Below, in pieces: positions 10,483-19,511 of a stretch of 64,000 nucleotides of DNA. Origin of the DNA: Candidatus Omnitrophota bacterium (lineage in GTDB: Bacteria > Omnitrophota > Omnitrophia > Omnitrophales > Aquincolibacteriaceae); contig JAHFHG010000002.1 of the NCBI GenBank assembly GCA_023247035.1, forward strand, positions 12,090 to 76,089, written 5' to 3'. The position numbers and the translations under genes were made by a program. Positions within the stretch are counted from its first letter, which is position 1; each line of letters opens with the position of its first letter. The notes beneath the pieces were generated by a model. The model was not told the origin of the DNA and searched no databases. It worked only from the letters and a program-made list of their open reading frames with translations.

Positions 10483-11130
10483 ATGAAAGTATCGGTCATC
10501 ATTCCCACCTTTAATGAAGAGAAGAGAATTTACAGCACTCTCGAAAATTTATTTTCAAAACATTTGCCTGAGGAAGTGATCGTCGTAGACGGTGAATCGA
10601 CCGACCAGACCGTCTCGGTCGCAAACGAATGGACAAAGGTCGTACGGACTTTTAAAGGCCGCGCGCGCCAGATGAACGAAGGGGTTCGGGCCGCTTCAGG
10701 AGGGATCCTTCTTTTCCTTGACGCGGGAACGAGGCTCCCCGAAGACGGCATCCTTAAACTTAAATACGCCATCCGAGAAGGCGCCAAGGCCGGGCGGTTT
10801 CGAATAAGTTTCGACAATGCCCACTGGGTTTTAAAACTCTGCGCGGCTTATACGCAATTTCAGTTGTTTCCGTTCGGCAGCCAGGGATTTTTTGTCCGCC
10901 GCGAGGTCTTTGAAGCGCTGGGCGGTTTTCGCCCCGACGCGCCGTTTGAAGACGTCGATTTTTATATGAGGCTTCTTTCTATCACGAGGCCCGTTATTAT
11001 AAAAGAAGCTGTCGTGGCTTCCGCGCCGAACCTCAGCGGCTCAGGCTGGCTCTGGAAAAAAATCGTCAAGCGGTTTCTGATCAGCCTCTACTACGCCGTC
11101 CACAAAAGCCTTCTTCTTAGAAAAAACTAA
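10483..11130 (+). CDS. Glycosyltransferase family 2
   Basis: MKVSVIIPTFNEEKRI ... VVDGESTDQT ... FLDAGTRL. Confidence 0.75.
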   Translation: MKVSVIIPTFNEEKRIYSTLENLFSKHLPEEVIVVDGESTDQTVSVANEWTKVVRTFKGRARQMNEGVRAASGGILLFLDAGTRLPEDGILKLKYAIREGAKAGRFRISFDNAHWVLKLCAAYTQFQLFPFGSQGFFVRREVFEALGGFRPDAPFEDVDFYMRLLSITRPVIIKEAVVASAPNLSGSGWLWKKIVKRFLISLYYAVHKSLLLRKN

Positions 11131-11137
11131 TTTCAGA

Positions 11138-11290
11138 CTTGAGTTCCGCGAATTTCCAAATTCATAGAGTATCGCTTTTTGTGAGACAAGCGGTTGTCAT
11201 GTCCGCGTCCGCCGATAATCGGCGGGAAAGCGGCCCCGATAAAAACATTCAAGAATGACGGAAAGAAAAGCAAAATCCGCGGAACTCAAG
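11138..11290. repeat. MITE-like palindromic repeat, copy 1 (terminal inverted repeats TTGAGTTCCGCGAATTT / AAATCCGCGGAACTCAA), carrying a roughly 35 nt internal insertion relative to copy 2
   Basis: Near-identical to 18620-18733. The perfect TIRs were read directly in the sequence. Confidence 0.6.
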
Positions 11291-11615
11291 TTCAGAATTA
11301 GGCCATTAGGCCAAGCTCTCTTGGCTGAGGGTTTTGATTTTGGAGGCCTTAACTCCTTGATCCCGCGCGCGTTTGGCTTATTTATTTTTTTTAAGAAGAC
11401 TTCTTCTCGAAATTTTTAATCTTCGCAAGGTTGCTAATTTTTACAATCCTGTTACGGTTTAAGTTAGGGCATGAAATGGAAAAACTTTTCGGGAACCCGG
11501 AGATCCCAAAAATAGGCCGGGCAGCCCAAGATTTCATCGCCAAGCCTTTTGACTCTGGAGCGGCATAAGTAAAAATTTACCGCCAAAATTAGAGATCAAA
11601 GAGGAGAGGAGAATT

Positions 11616-12638
11616 ATGGCAACTGAGAGGCAGCTTCATGCCTGGCTGATTGTTTTTTTGGCCTGTTTTTCCTGCACCATTTTGTTATGGAATTACTTTT
11701 TCAATTCCGCCGAGCCTCTGGACCGAACCATCACAAGCAACATGATTTTTCTGATGGGGTTGTTGTTTTCCGTCTCGACTTCGCTTTGGATCCGATCTCT
11801 GGAGAAGGGCAAAGATCTGGCCGAAAGGGCGGCTCAGGAATCCCAGGCAAAACAGAGGAAGCTTGAAAAGATGTACCGGGAACTTCAGGAGAGCGAAGAG
11901 AATCTGCGCCGGGCGAGCAAGACCGCGCTGATGGGCGAACTGGCCATCGGCCTGGCCAATGAGCTGAACAATCCTTTCGGAGTGATTCTCGGGTTCGCGC
12001 GGTCGGCCAGAAAACAGGGCGCCGAATCGGAATCCTTGAAGCACGCCCTTCATATTATTGAGCATGAAGCCGAGCAGTGCTCCCAGATCATCAAAGATCT
12101 TATGACCTTTTCTTCCTGTAAAGAAATCGTCACCAAACAAAAATTTTCTCTCGGCCCGCTGATCGATGAAGCGGCCTCCTACGTTCTCTCGAATCAAAAC
12201 GGATATTCGATTCAATATGCCAGAGAGCTGGAGACGGAAGATATGGACCTGACCGCAAACCGGAACCAATGCTACCAAATGCTTGTGCATCTTATGAAGA
12301 ATGCGGTCGAGGCGATTCAGGACAACAGTTTCGGCCCTCAGGAAGGCGTCCTCCGCATTCATGCGAAAAAATACCGGGAGAAGGATGAGCCCTGGCTGGA
12401 AATCAGAGTGGAAGATACGGGCATCGGCATTCCCCCCTCCATTCGCTCGCGTATCTTCGAGCCCTTTTTTACAACGAAACATGCCCGCCGAAGAGTGGGG
12501 CTGGGACTGGCCATTGTCCAGGAGGTGGTCAACCGGCACCGGGGCGTTATCACAGTTGAGAGCCAGGCAGGCCAGGGAACAAGCATCGGCGTGGCATTGC
12601 CTGCGGGAGATGATCCCTATGCCGGGCCTGGAGCCTAA
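11616..12638 (+). CDS. Sensor histidine kinase (2 TM helices, HisKA, HATPase_c)
   Basis: H-box ELNNPFGVILGF, N-box HLMKNAVEA, G1 DTGIGIP and G2 GLGLAIV. Confidence 0.8.
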   Translation: MATERQLHAWLIVFLACFSCTILLWNYFFNSAEPLDRTITSNMIFLMGLLFSVSTSLWIRSLEKGKDLAERAAQESQAKQRKLEKMYRELQESEENLRRASKTALMGELAIGLANELNNPFGVILGFARSARKQGAESESLKHALHIIEHEAEQCSQIIKDLMTFSSCKEIVTKQKFSLGPLIDEAASYVLSNQNGYSIQYARELETEDMDLTANRNQCYQMLVHLMKNAVEAIQDNSFGPQEGVLRIHAKKYREKDEPWLEIRVEDTGIGIPPSIRSRIFEPFFTTKHARRRVGLGLAIVQEVVNRHRGVITVESQAGQGTSIGVALPAGDDPYAGPGA

Positions 12639-14241
12639 AAAGCAGGGAAGAATCTTGATCGCTGAGGATGAGCCCGGAATGCAAGAATGGCTCAAGATGG
12701 AGCTTTCCCGCGCGGGGCATTCGGTGGAGGCCGTTTCCAACGGAATCGAGGCGGCCGAGCGCATTGAACGCGGGAAATTTGACCTTGTGATCAGCGATTT
12801 AAAAATGCCCCAAATGGGGGGAGCGGCGCTCTTAGATCATGTGAAGAGGGTGGCCCCGCAGCTTGAAGTCATTCTCATGACCGGCTACGGCACGGTGGAA
12901 TCCGCCGTTCTTGCGATGAAAAAAGGGGCTTATGATTTTATCCTGAAGCCCTTTAGCATCGAGGAGATGATCCTGCTGGTTGAAAAAAGTCTTGAGAAGC
13001 GGGATCTCAAAACCCTCGTGGCGCTTTACGAATCAAGCCGGGCGATTTTTTCTACGATCCAGATGGACAGGCTCTTTGAGATTATTATGGACATGCTGCA
13101 GACTGTCCTGGGAGGGGACGAAGGATCCCTTATGCTGTTTAATGAAGAAAAGAAACTGGTCATTGCGGCAAGCCGCGGCCTTTCGGAGGAAATTGTGCGT
13201 CAAACCCACGTTCAAGTGGGCGAACGGATCGCCGGCCGGGTTGCGGAAAAAAAACAGGCCCTCCTGCTTGTAGACGGGCTTGAAAAATATCCCGACTTTC
13301 GTGATCTCCCAAGCAACGACCGGATCAAGTCCTCGATTATCTGCCCTCTGATTTGGCAGGGAGAATTGTCAGGCATCCTCAATATCAACCGGACCCGGAA
13401 AAGGGAAAATTTCACGGTCGCCGATTTGCAAAGCGCCTCTATTTTTGCGGCCCAGGTATCCTTGGCGATCCAGAATGCGAAACTTTATGAAGGCCTGCGG
13501 CAAGCTTATCAAAAATTAGAGGCCGCTCAAAATCAACTGGTTCAATCCGAAAAACTGGCGTCCATCGGCCGCCTTGTCGCCGGAGTGGCCCATGAGCTGA
13601 ATAACCCGCTGACTTCCGTGATCGGATATTCCCAGCTCGCCCTTGAGTCGGAAGATGATTTAACGGAAATCCGCCGGCGGCTTTCGATCATTTTTGAACA
13701 AGCGCAGCGGTGCAATAAAATCGTCAAAGAGTTGCTTTTATTCGCGCAGCGCCGGACGCCCGAATTTCAGCAAGTCGATCTCTGTCGGCTCATCGATGAA
13801 AGCCTTGAGGGGATTTCAATCGAACTCAACAAGCAGGCCGTCAAGGTTTCAAAGCATTATCCTTCCGCCGGAGTTCATCTCCAAGCCGATCCGCAGTTGA
13901 TCCAGCAGGTTTTTACGAATATCCTCGCCAACGCTTGCCAGGCTTTGGAAGCCGCAGGACACGAAAAGGAGATCGGGATTACGATTTCCAGCTCAAAGGA
14001 AAAAGTCCTGACCTCTTTTTCAGACAATGGCCCGGGCATCTCCCAAGAAGTTCTCCATAAAATTTTCGATCCCTTTTTTACAACCAAAGGCGTCGGTAAG
14101 GGGACGGGGCTTGGGCTGAGTCTTTCCTACGGAATCATCAAAGAACACGGAGGGACGATCACGGTCAAAAGTGAATGCGGCCGGGGGACGGCTTTTACCG
14201 TCGAGCTGCCTTTAGAGAAAATCAGAACGGTTATTCGGTGA
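12619..14241 (+). CDS. Hybrid signalling protein: N-terminal receiver (REC), GAF domain, HisKA and HATPase_c
   Basis: REC motifs ILIAEDEP ... DLVISDLKMPQMGG, a H-box HELNNPLTSV and G-boxes DNGPGIS / GTGLGLS. Start chosen at ATG 12619 inside the longer ORF. Confidence 0.8.
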   Translation: MPGLEPKKQGRILIAEDEPGMQEWLKMELSRAGHSVEAVSNGIEAAERIERGKFDLVISDLKMPQMGGAALLDHVKRVAPQLEVILMTGYGTVESAVLAMKKGAYDFILKPFSIEEMILLVEKSLEKRDLKTLVALYESSRAIFSTIQMDRLFEIIMDMLQTVLGGDEGSLMLFNEEKKLVIAASRGLSEEIVRQTHVQVGERIAGRVAEKKQALLLVDGLEKYPDFRDLPSNDRIKSSIICPLIWQGELSGILNINRTRKRENFTVADLQSASIFAAQVSLAIQNAKLYEGLRQAYQKLEAAQNQLVQSEKLASIGRLVAGVAHELNNPLTSVIGYSQLALESEDDLTEIRRRLSIIFEQAQRCNKIVKELLLFAQRRTPEFQQVDLCRLIDESLEGISIELNKQAVKVSKHYPSAGVHLQADPQLIQQVFTNILANACQALEAAGHEKEIGITISSSKEKVLTSFSDNGPGISQEVLHKIFDPFFTTKGVGKGTGLGLSLSYGIIKEHGGTITVKSECGRGTAFTVELPLEKIRTVIR

Positions 14242-14388
14242 AGCCTTTTACAAAGGGCCGGCTTCTTAAGCGTCATCGGCGCTGTGATTAAAAATAAAGA
14301 TTAAAAAGAAACCGTAGTCAATTCCTCCTTCGATGAATAAAATGTATTCTGTTTTAGTGCGTCGTTTCTTAAGTTCGAGTGGTTATTC

Positions 14389-14445
14389 GTCATTCCCGCG
14401 AAATCGGGAATCCATGGATCCCCGATTAAAGCATTCGGGGATGAC
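14389..14445. repeat. Double-hairpin palindromic unit (outer GTCAT/ATGAC clamp around hairpins ATTCCCG...CGGGAAT and ATCCCCG...CGGGGAT) in the leader of the dsbD-like gene
   Basis: Homologous copy at 30470-30536 and degenerate versions inside both MITE-like elements. Confidence 0.5.
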
Positions 14446-14592
14446 AAGTTGGCATGATCAATCGAATTTAGGAAACAGCGTATTACTGACGTTTCGGAAA
14501 TTAATGGACACACGTTTTCCCTCTGAGAAAGCGTATCCATTCGATTCTGAAAGTTCAGTAGCTTAAATTCGAAAAACTATTCAGGAAATGGA

Positions 14593-15783
14593 ATGCACGA
14601 GAATTCACTGACTCTCCTAGGGGCTTTTGTGGTCGGACTCGGCCTGAACCTGACTCCCTGCGTCTATCCGATGCTTTCGATCACGGTTTCGCTGTTTGCC
14701 CATCCAAAAGAGCCGCGCGCCGGCAGCGCCTTTGCGAATGCCCTGATTTACATTTTTGGAATGGCCACGATGTATAGCGGTTTGGGGCTGGCCGCGGCTT
14801 TTACGGGAGAAATCTTCGGCGCTTTTCTCCAAAACCGTCTTGTTCTTCTGGGAATTGCCTTTTTTCTTTTTTTTACGGCCCTCAGTATGCTGGGGGCCTA
14901 TACCTTCCGGCTGCCCGCCGCGCTTGTGAATAGATTTTCCGCTCAAAAGGGAACCGGCCTGCTCAATTTCTATCTTTCCGGGCTGCTTGTCGGGATCTTT
15001 GCCGCGCCCTGTATCGGCCCTCCGGTGATCGCTCTCTTGACTTTTGCGGGCACGAAAGGGGATCCGCTGCTTGCCTTTTGGATTTTTTTCATTATGTCCG
15101 CGGGGCTGGGATTGCCTTACCTTATTTTGGGAACTTTTTCCGGATTGCTCCAGAGGCTGCCGAAATCGGGAATGTGGCTGGTGTGGGTGGAGCGCCTATT
15201 TGGGGTCGTGCTGATGGGCCTGGCCGGATTTTATTTGATCATCGCAATCCACGCCGAGTATCTCCCTTGGCTTGTTCCCGCGATGCTGGTGTCCGGAGGC
15301 GTTTACCTTGGATTCGTGGAACGTTCGCCCCAATACCGGCCCGCTTTTGTGCGCTTCAAGCAGGCCGTCGGGATCGGCGCGATTGTGATCGGGCTTGCCC
15401 TTCCGTTTCTGGGATCGCGGACGAGCGTAGTCTGGGAAAAATATTCGCCTGATAAACTTGAGTCCGCCAGGAAAAGTAATCAGCCGGTCATCCTCGATTT
15501 TTATGCGGATTGGTGCATTCCTTGCCACGAGCTTGACCGGTATACTTATTCGAATCCGGACGTCATCAAAGCCTTGGCGGGTTTTACCAGGCTCAAAGTG
15601 GACTTGACCCGCCCGGACACTCCGGAAGCTGAAGCGATCATTGAAAAATTCAACGTCCTTGGCGTCCCCACGATTCTTTTCCTGGACCGCGAGGGCAGCG
15701 AGGTGAAAGATTCCAGGATCACGGGTTTCGTGCCGCCGGAGGAATTTCTCAAAATGCTGACGCTTGAATATGAAACGCATTGA
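14593..15783 (+). CDS. dsbD: Thiol:disulfide interchange protein DsbD-like (CcdA-type TM core fused to a C-terminal thioredoxin domain)
   Basis: Multi-pass TM domain with a conserved Cys pair, and a C-terminal WCIPCH thioredoxin CxxC motif. Confidence 0.7.
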   Translation: MHENSLTLLGAFVVGLGLNLTPCVYPMLSITVSLFAHPKEPRAGSAFANALIYIFGMATMYSGLGLAAAFTGEIFGAFLQNRLVLLGIAFFLFFTALSMLGAYTFRLPAALVNRFSAQKGTGLLNFYLSGLLVGIFAAPCIGPPVIALLTFAGTKGDPLLAFWIFFIMSAGLGLPYLILGTFSGLLQRLPKSGMWLVWVERLFGVVLMGLAGFYLIIAIHAEYLPWLVPAMLVSGGVYLGFVERSPQYRPAFVRFKQAVGIGAIVIGLALPFLGSRTSVVWEKYSPDKLESARKSNQPVILDFYADWCIPCHELDRYTYSNPDVIKALAGFTRLKVDLTRPDTPEAEAIIEKFNVLGVPTILFLDREGSEVKDSRITGFVPPEEFLKMLTLEYETH

Positions 15784-16795
15784 TAATCCACCCAATCCCT
15801 TTGCCTCTTATGATTGCGAATACTTCGGAGGCGCCGTCCCGCCCGCGCGCCTTGAAGTTTATGAAGATGCGACCCGGCAGATTCTCTCGCGCAATGATTC
15901 GCCTGACATCGGATTCCGCTGGAGCGTCAATCCTTACCGCGGTTGCGTCCACGCCTGCGCCTATTGCTATGCCCGTCCCACGCACGAGTATTTGGGATTC
16001 GGAGCGGGAACGGATTTCGAAACCCGGATCGTGGTCAAAATGAATGCGGCCAAACTTCTTCGGGAGAGTTTTCTCAAAGAATCGTGGAAAGGGGAACGGA
16101 TTGTGTTTTCAGGCGATACGGATTGCTATCAGCCGCTTGAAGCCGGTTATGAATTGACGCGCCTGCTTTTAGAAGTCTGTCTGGAATTTGGAAATCCGGC
16201 CGGCATTATTACGAAATCCTTTCTGATCCTGCGGGACCTCGATCTGCTCAAAAAAATACATGAAAGGACGCGCCTTTGGGTCTCGATCAGCATTCCTTTT
16301 GCGGATGAAACAACAGCCCGGCAGATCGAGCCTCACGCCTCGGCGATTTCCAAACGCTTCGAGGCCGTTCAAAGGCTTTCCGAGGCCGGGATTTCTACCG
16401 GCGTTTTGATCGCGCCCATTATTCCGGGCTTAAACGATTCGGATATTCCCATTCTGCTTAAGAAAGCGGCGGAATGCGGCGCGCAATTTGCGTCTCCGGT
16501 TCTGCTCCGCCTTCCCGGAAACGTAAAAGATGTTTTTCTTTCGAAAATAAAAACTCTTTTTCCGCTTGCCTATAAAAAGATCATCGGCAGGATCCGCCAG
16601 GTCCGCAAGGGCGAGCTTTATCAGTCGGAATTTGGAAAACGGTTTCAGGGCGAGGGGCCGTATTGGGAAAATATTCAGAAAGTTTTTAGGATTTACTGCG
16701 ATAAATGGGGCCTTAACCGGCAGACCCAGGAACTTCCGCGCGATCCTTTCCGCCGTCCCAGCCTTCAGGAGGAGTTTGCTTTCTCCCGCGATTGA
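15764..16795 (+). CDS. Radical SAM protein, SplB-like (DNA repair photolyase family, COG1533)
   Basis: NPYRGCVHACAYCYA, a CxxxCxxC motif preceded by the SplB-type context. Confidence 0.75.
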   Translation: MNMKRIDNPPNPFASYDCEYFGGAVPPARLEVYEDATRQILSRNDSPDIGFRWSVNPYRGCVHACAYCYARPTHEYLGFGAGTDFETRIVVKMNAAKLLRESFLKESWKGERIVFSGDTDCYQPLEAGYELTRLLLEVCLEFGNPAGIITKSFLILRDLDLLKKIHERTRLWVSISIPFADETTARQIEPHASAISKRFEAVQRLSEAGISTGVLIAPIIPGLNDSDIPILLKKAAECGAQFASPVLLRLPGNVKDVFLSKIKTLFPLAYKKIIGRIRQVRKGELYQSEFGKRFQGEGPYWENIQKVFRIYCDKWGLNRQTQELPRDPFRRPSLQEEFAFSRD

Positions 16796-17039
16796 GGATT
16801 TAGAAAAGCTGCCGCATTTTTCCTTTACGCCACCCGTAAAGCAGGACTTCCGTTCCGGCGTGCATGATTAATGCCGGGCCGGCTCATAAGGTAAATCGGC
16901 ACGAGGGAAAAGATAACTTGTGTTTTGGCGAGAGTCAGTGATAACCTAAAAAGGGACGGCGGAACATCATGCCGTTATAAAAAGTAAAAAGCTGCCGATA
17001 CTCAGTCTCGAAAGTAACTGCTTAAAACAGGAGGATATT

Positions 17040-17330
17040 ATGAAAAAAAGCGCCGCGATTCTGGTTTTGACTCTCATGCTGTGCTCGTTGATGTCTTTTC
17101 CGGCTTATGCTGAAAATACCGCCGTCCAGGGCAAAATGACAGGCCGGACAGCTGTCCATGGACTGGCCTCATTATTACTGTGGCCCGGGCTTGGCCAATA
17201 CCTGAATCACAATGAAACAAAGAAAAATTGGACCCATGCCGCGCTGGGGCTGACGGGTATTTTTCGTCTTTGGTCGGGCTGGGACGCCTTAATTGACCGG
17301 CAGGGCGGCCGCTGGGACGGAAAAATATAA
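17040..17330 (+). CDS. Small exported hypothetical protein (signal peptide)
   Basis: MKKSAAILVLTLMLCSLMSFPAYA signal peptide and an SD-like GGAGGA upstream. Confidence 0.45.
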   Translation: MKKSAAILVLTLMLCSLMSFPAYAENTAVQGKMTGRTAVHGLASLLLWPGLGQYLNHNETKKNWTHAALGLTGIFRLWSGWDALIDRQGGRWDGKI

Positions 17331-17357
17331 GTTTTATAGCCTCAAGATATTTTCTGA

Positions 17358-17378
17358 AGCCGGCCGCAAGGCCGGCTC
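17358..17378 (+). terminator. Stem-loop AGCCGGCC-GCAA-GGCCGGCT downstream of the small exported ORF. No U-tract, so an intrinsic terminator is uncertain.
   Basis: Perfect 8-bp GC-rich stem with a GCAA tetraloop. Confidence 0.3.
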
Positions 17379-17549
17379 TCAACTCTAACGACCTTCCGCA
17401 AGCCCTCCTACAAAAAGGTTGAAAAGTAGTATCCAATTACGAGGCAAAGACCGGCTGGCTTTTGACCGGGATTTAAGTTAGAATCTGCCCCATGCGCCGC
17501 AAGCGATTCATTCCAACCCCATTTTTTACCCCATCCTAAGGAAATTTTC

Positions 17550-18617
17550 GTGCCCGAAATTCTTAAATTAAAAAGCCCTGCGGATTTCATCGGACGGCAG
17601 GGCGCGGGCGTGATCAGTTTTGGTTCCGGCCAGCCGGACCTGCCGCCTCCCAAAGAAGCGTTTGACGGGATCGATCTCAAAAGGGATCTCCGTTACGGGC
17701 TCATTCAAGGAGAATTAAAACTCCGCGAGGCGCTGGCCAAGGAATATCCCGGCTCCACGGCTGAGAACTTCGTGATTACAAACGGGGCGTCCGAAGCGCT
17801 GGACCTGATTTTCCGAAGCTGGGGCAAGGGCGGAAAGGTGCTGCTGCCGCGTCCTTATTATTATTCCTACCCTCCGATTATTGAGCTGGCCCATATGGTT
17901 CCTGTTTATACGGATTTAACCGACGGGCGGATTGATATTGAGGATTTCAAGAAAAAGGTGAAGGGCTGCCGCGCGGCGCTGATCAATTCGCCGTCTAATC
18001 CGACGGGCCGCGTCGAGGCGATCGAGACGCTCAAGGGGATTGAAAAGATCACGCAGAAGCTCGGTGTTTATGTGGTCTCCGACGAGGTGTACAAAGATAT
18101 CATTTACGAGCGCGAAAATTATCCTATTCAGGGCGATTACGTGATCACGGTCAATTCGTTTTCCAAAACCTACTGTATGTGCGGCGTGCGCGTGGGGTAT
18201 TTGTGGAGCGCGGATAAAAAGGTCGTGGAAGACGTGTGCGAGATGAAGACGCACACTTCAATGAATACAAATCTGATCGGGCAGGATATGGCGCTTAGCG
18301 CAATGAAGACGCCGAAGGAATATATCCGCCGGCAGCAGAAGGTCTGGCGCGAGCGGCGCGATTTCATTTATAAAGGGCTCACGGAACTGGGTTTTGATCT
18401 TTGGAAGCCGGAAGGCGCGTTTTATGTCCTGCCCAAGTGCAAGAACGCGCGCAAATTTCTGAGCGTGCTGTATCAGGAATACAAAGTGATTACCTACCTC
18501 GGCGAGTGGTTCGGCGCGCCCGATAGAATCCGCTTGAGCTACGCCCTCGATATTCAGCAGATCGCGGAAGGGTTGGAGCGGATTAAACAAGCCATGCAAA
18601 AGGTGAGGGTCTTTTAG
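17550..18617 (+). CDS. Class I/II PLP-dependent aminotransferase (aspartate aminotransferase superfamily)
   Basis: NSFSKTYCMCGVRVGY with the PLP-lysine context. GTG start. Confidence 0.8.
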   Translation: MPEILKLKSPADFIGRQGAGVISFGSGQPDLPPPKEAFDGIDLKRDLRYGLIQGELKLREALAKEYPGSTAENFVITNGASEALDLIFRSWGKGGKVLLPRPYYYSYPPIIELAHMVPVYTDLTDGRIDIEDFKKKVKGCRAALINSPSNPTGRVEAIETLKGIEKITQKLGVYVVSDEVYKDIIYERENYPIQGDYVITVNSFSKTYCMCGVRVGYLWSADKKVVEDVCEMKTHTSMNTNLIGQDMALSAMKTPKEYIRRQQKVWRERRDFIYKGLTELGFDLWKPEGAFYVLPKCKNARKFLSVLYQEYKVITYLGEWFGAPDRIRLSYALDIQQIAEGLERIKQAMQKVRVF

Positions 18618-18619
18618 AT

Positions 18620-18733
18620 GTTGAGTTCTGCGAATTTCCGAATTCATGGAGTATCGCTCTTTGTAAGACAAGCGCTGTCATTCCCGATAAAAACATTCAT
18701 GACGGAAAGAAAAACAAAATTTGCGGAACTCAA
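18620..18733. repeat. MITE-like palindromic repeat, copy 2
   Basis: Aligns almost base-for-base with 11138-11290 and has terminal inverted repeats. Confidence 0.6.
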
Positions 18734-18942
18734 ATTAGATCCTACTGGGAATACAATGAATACTACAAGATGACAATGAATTGAAAAAGAGAATTGCTCC
18801 AATTCAAAGTGCAAATTAAAATAAATCCGCAAGCGCCAACTCACGCTGTTCGGCGGGGAAGGGTAAAGCGGGATACCGGCATCGAACCCGTGTTTCCGTC
18901 TTGGGAACCCAAAAGTAGAACAGTGGAGGGCACAAAAGGAAA

Positions 18943-19173
18943 ATGAATCTCCTCACAATTTTTGGTTTGTTCGCAGTAACGGCGATGCTGGTGTGTTACG
19001 CGCTTGAGCAGAGAAGCCGGTGGTTCATTCTGGCCTTTGCAGGCGCGTGTGCCCTCGGATCGGTCTACGGATTTTTACAGGCGGCATGGCCTTTCGGCCT
19101 GGTTGAGGCAGTCTGGTCCGTAGTGGCTGTGCGGCGGTGGTCGCTGGCAGTGAAATCGACAAGCGCTGTATGA
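18943..19173 (+). CDS. Small membrane hypothetical protein (2 predicted TM helices)
   Basis: Hydrophobic 76-aa ORF whose stop overlaps the next start (ATGA). Confidence 0.35.
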   Translation: MNLLTIFGLFAVTAMLVCYALEQRSRWFILAFAGACALGSVYGFLQAAWPFGLVEAVWSVVAVRRWSLAVKSTSAV

Positions 19174-19511
19174 AAATCATAAAAGAAAAACTCAGCCTTG
19201 ATGAATTGAAACAGATGGCGGCCGCGATGTTCGGGGACATGGTGAAGGCTGTTGTCGACGCGGACCGTGAATGGATCGCCATTGATGCGGAACTTCATTC
19301 CGATCTTGAGGCTCTGCTTTTGGAAAGCGGATCTCAACAAAGCAGTCTCTGGGGAATCAACCTTTATCCCGGCGCGCAGGAGCAAGATTTTTTGGAATTC
19401 GATTCCATGATCAACATGCGTCCTTCCGGCGGCAATCAAAGCCGGGGCGTCGAAAGTGAAGCCGTGCGAAAAAAAATCCGCGCCGTCGTTTCAAAAAGAA
19501 TCCCGCGATGA
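19170..19511 (+). CDS. Hypothetical protein
   Basis: ORF translationally coupled (ATGA) to both of its neighbours. Confidence 0.4.
   Translation: MKIIKEKLSLDELKQMAAAMFGDMVKAVVDADREWIAIDAELHSDLEALLLESGSQQSSLWGINLYPGAQEQDFLEFDSMINMRPSGGNQSRGVESEAVRKKIRAVVSKRIPR

Noticed and set aside
12301-12618. Upstream extension of the hybrid kinase ORF, which the track starts at 12301
   Set aside because: The extension overlaps the previous kinase's HATPase domain in another frame. The internal ATG at 12619 gives a canonical receiver N-terminus.
11685-12764. 359-aa ORF on the minus strand
   Set aside because: It lies entirely antisense to the two histidine-kinase genes, whose motifs are unambiguous, and it has no recognisable domain. 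A shadow ORF typical of GC-rich coding DNA.
15196-15795. 199-aa minus-strand ORF
   Set aside because: Antisense to the dsbD-like C-terminus and its thioredoxin domain.
16796-17039. 245 nt intergenic region before the small exported ORF, checked for riboswitch-like conserved cores (B12 box, GEMM-type GGGACG context, TPP CUGAGA)
   Set aside because: Only fragmentary matches were found. No convincing conserved core was recognised by eye. It would need a covariance-model scan.
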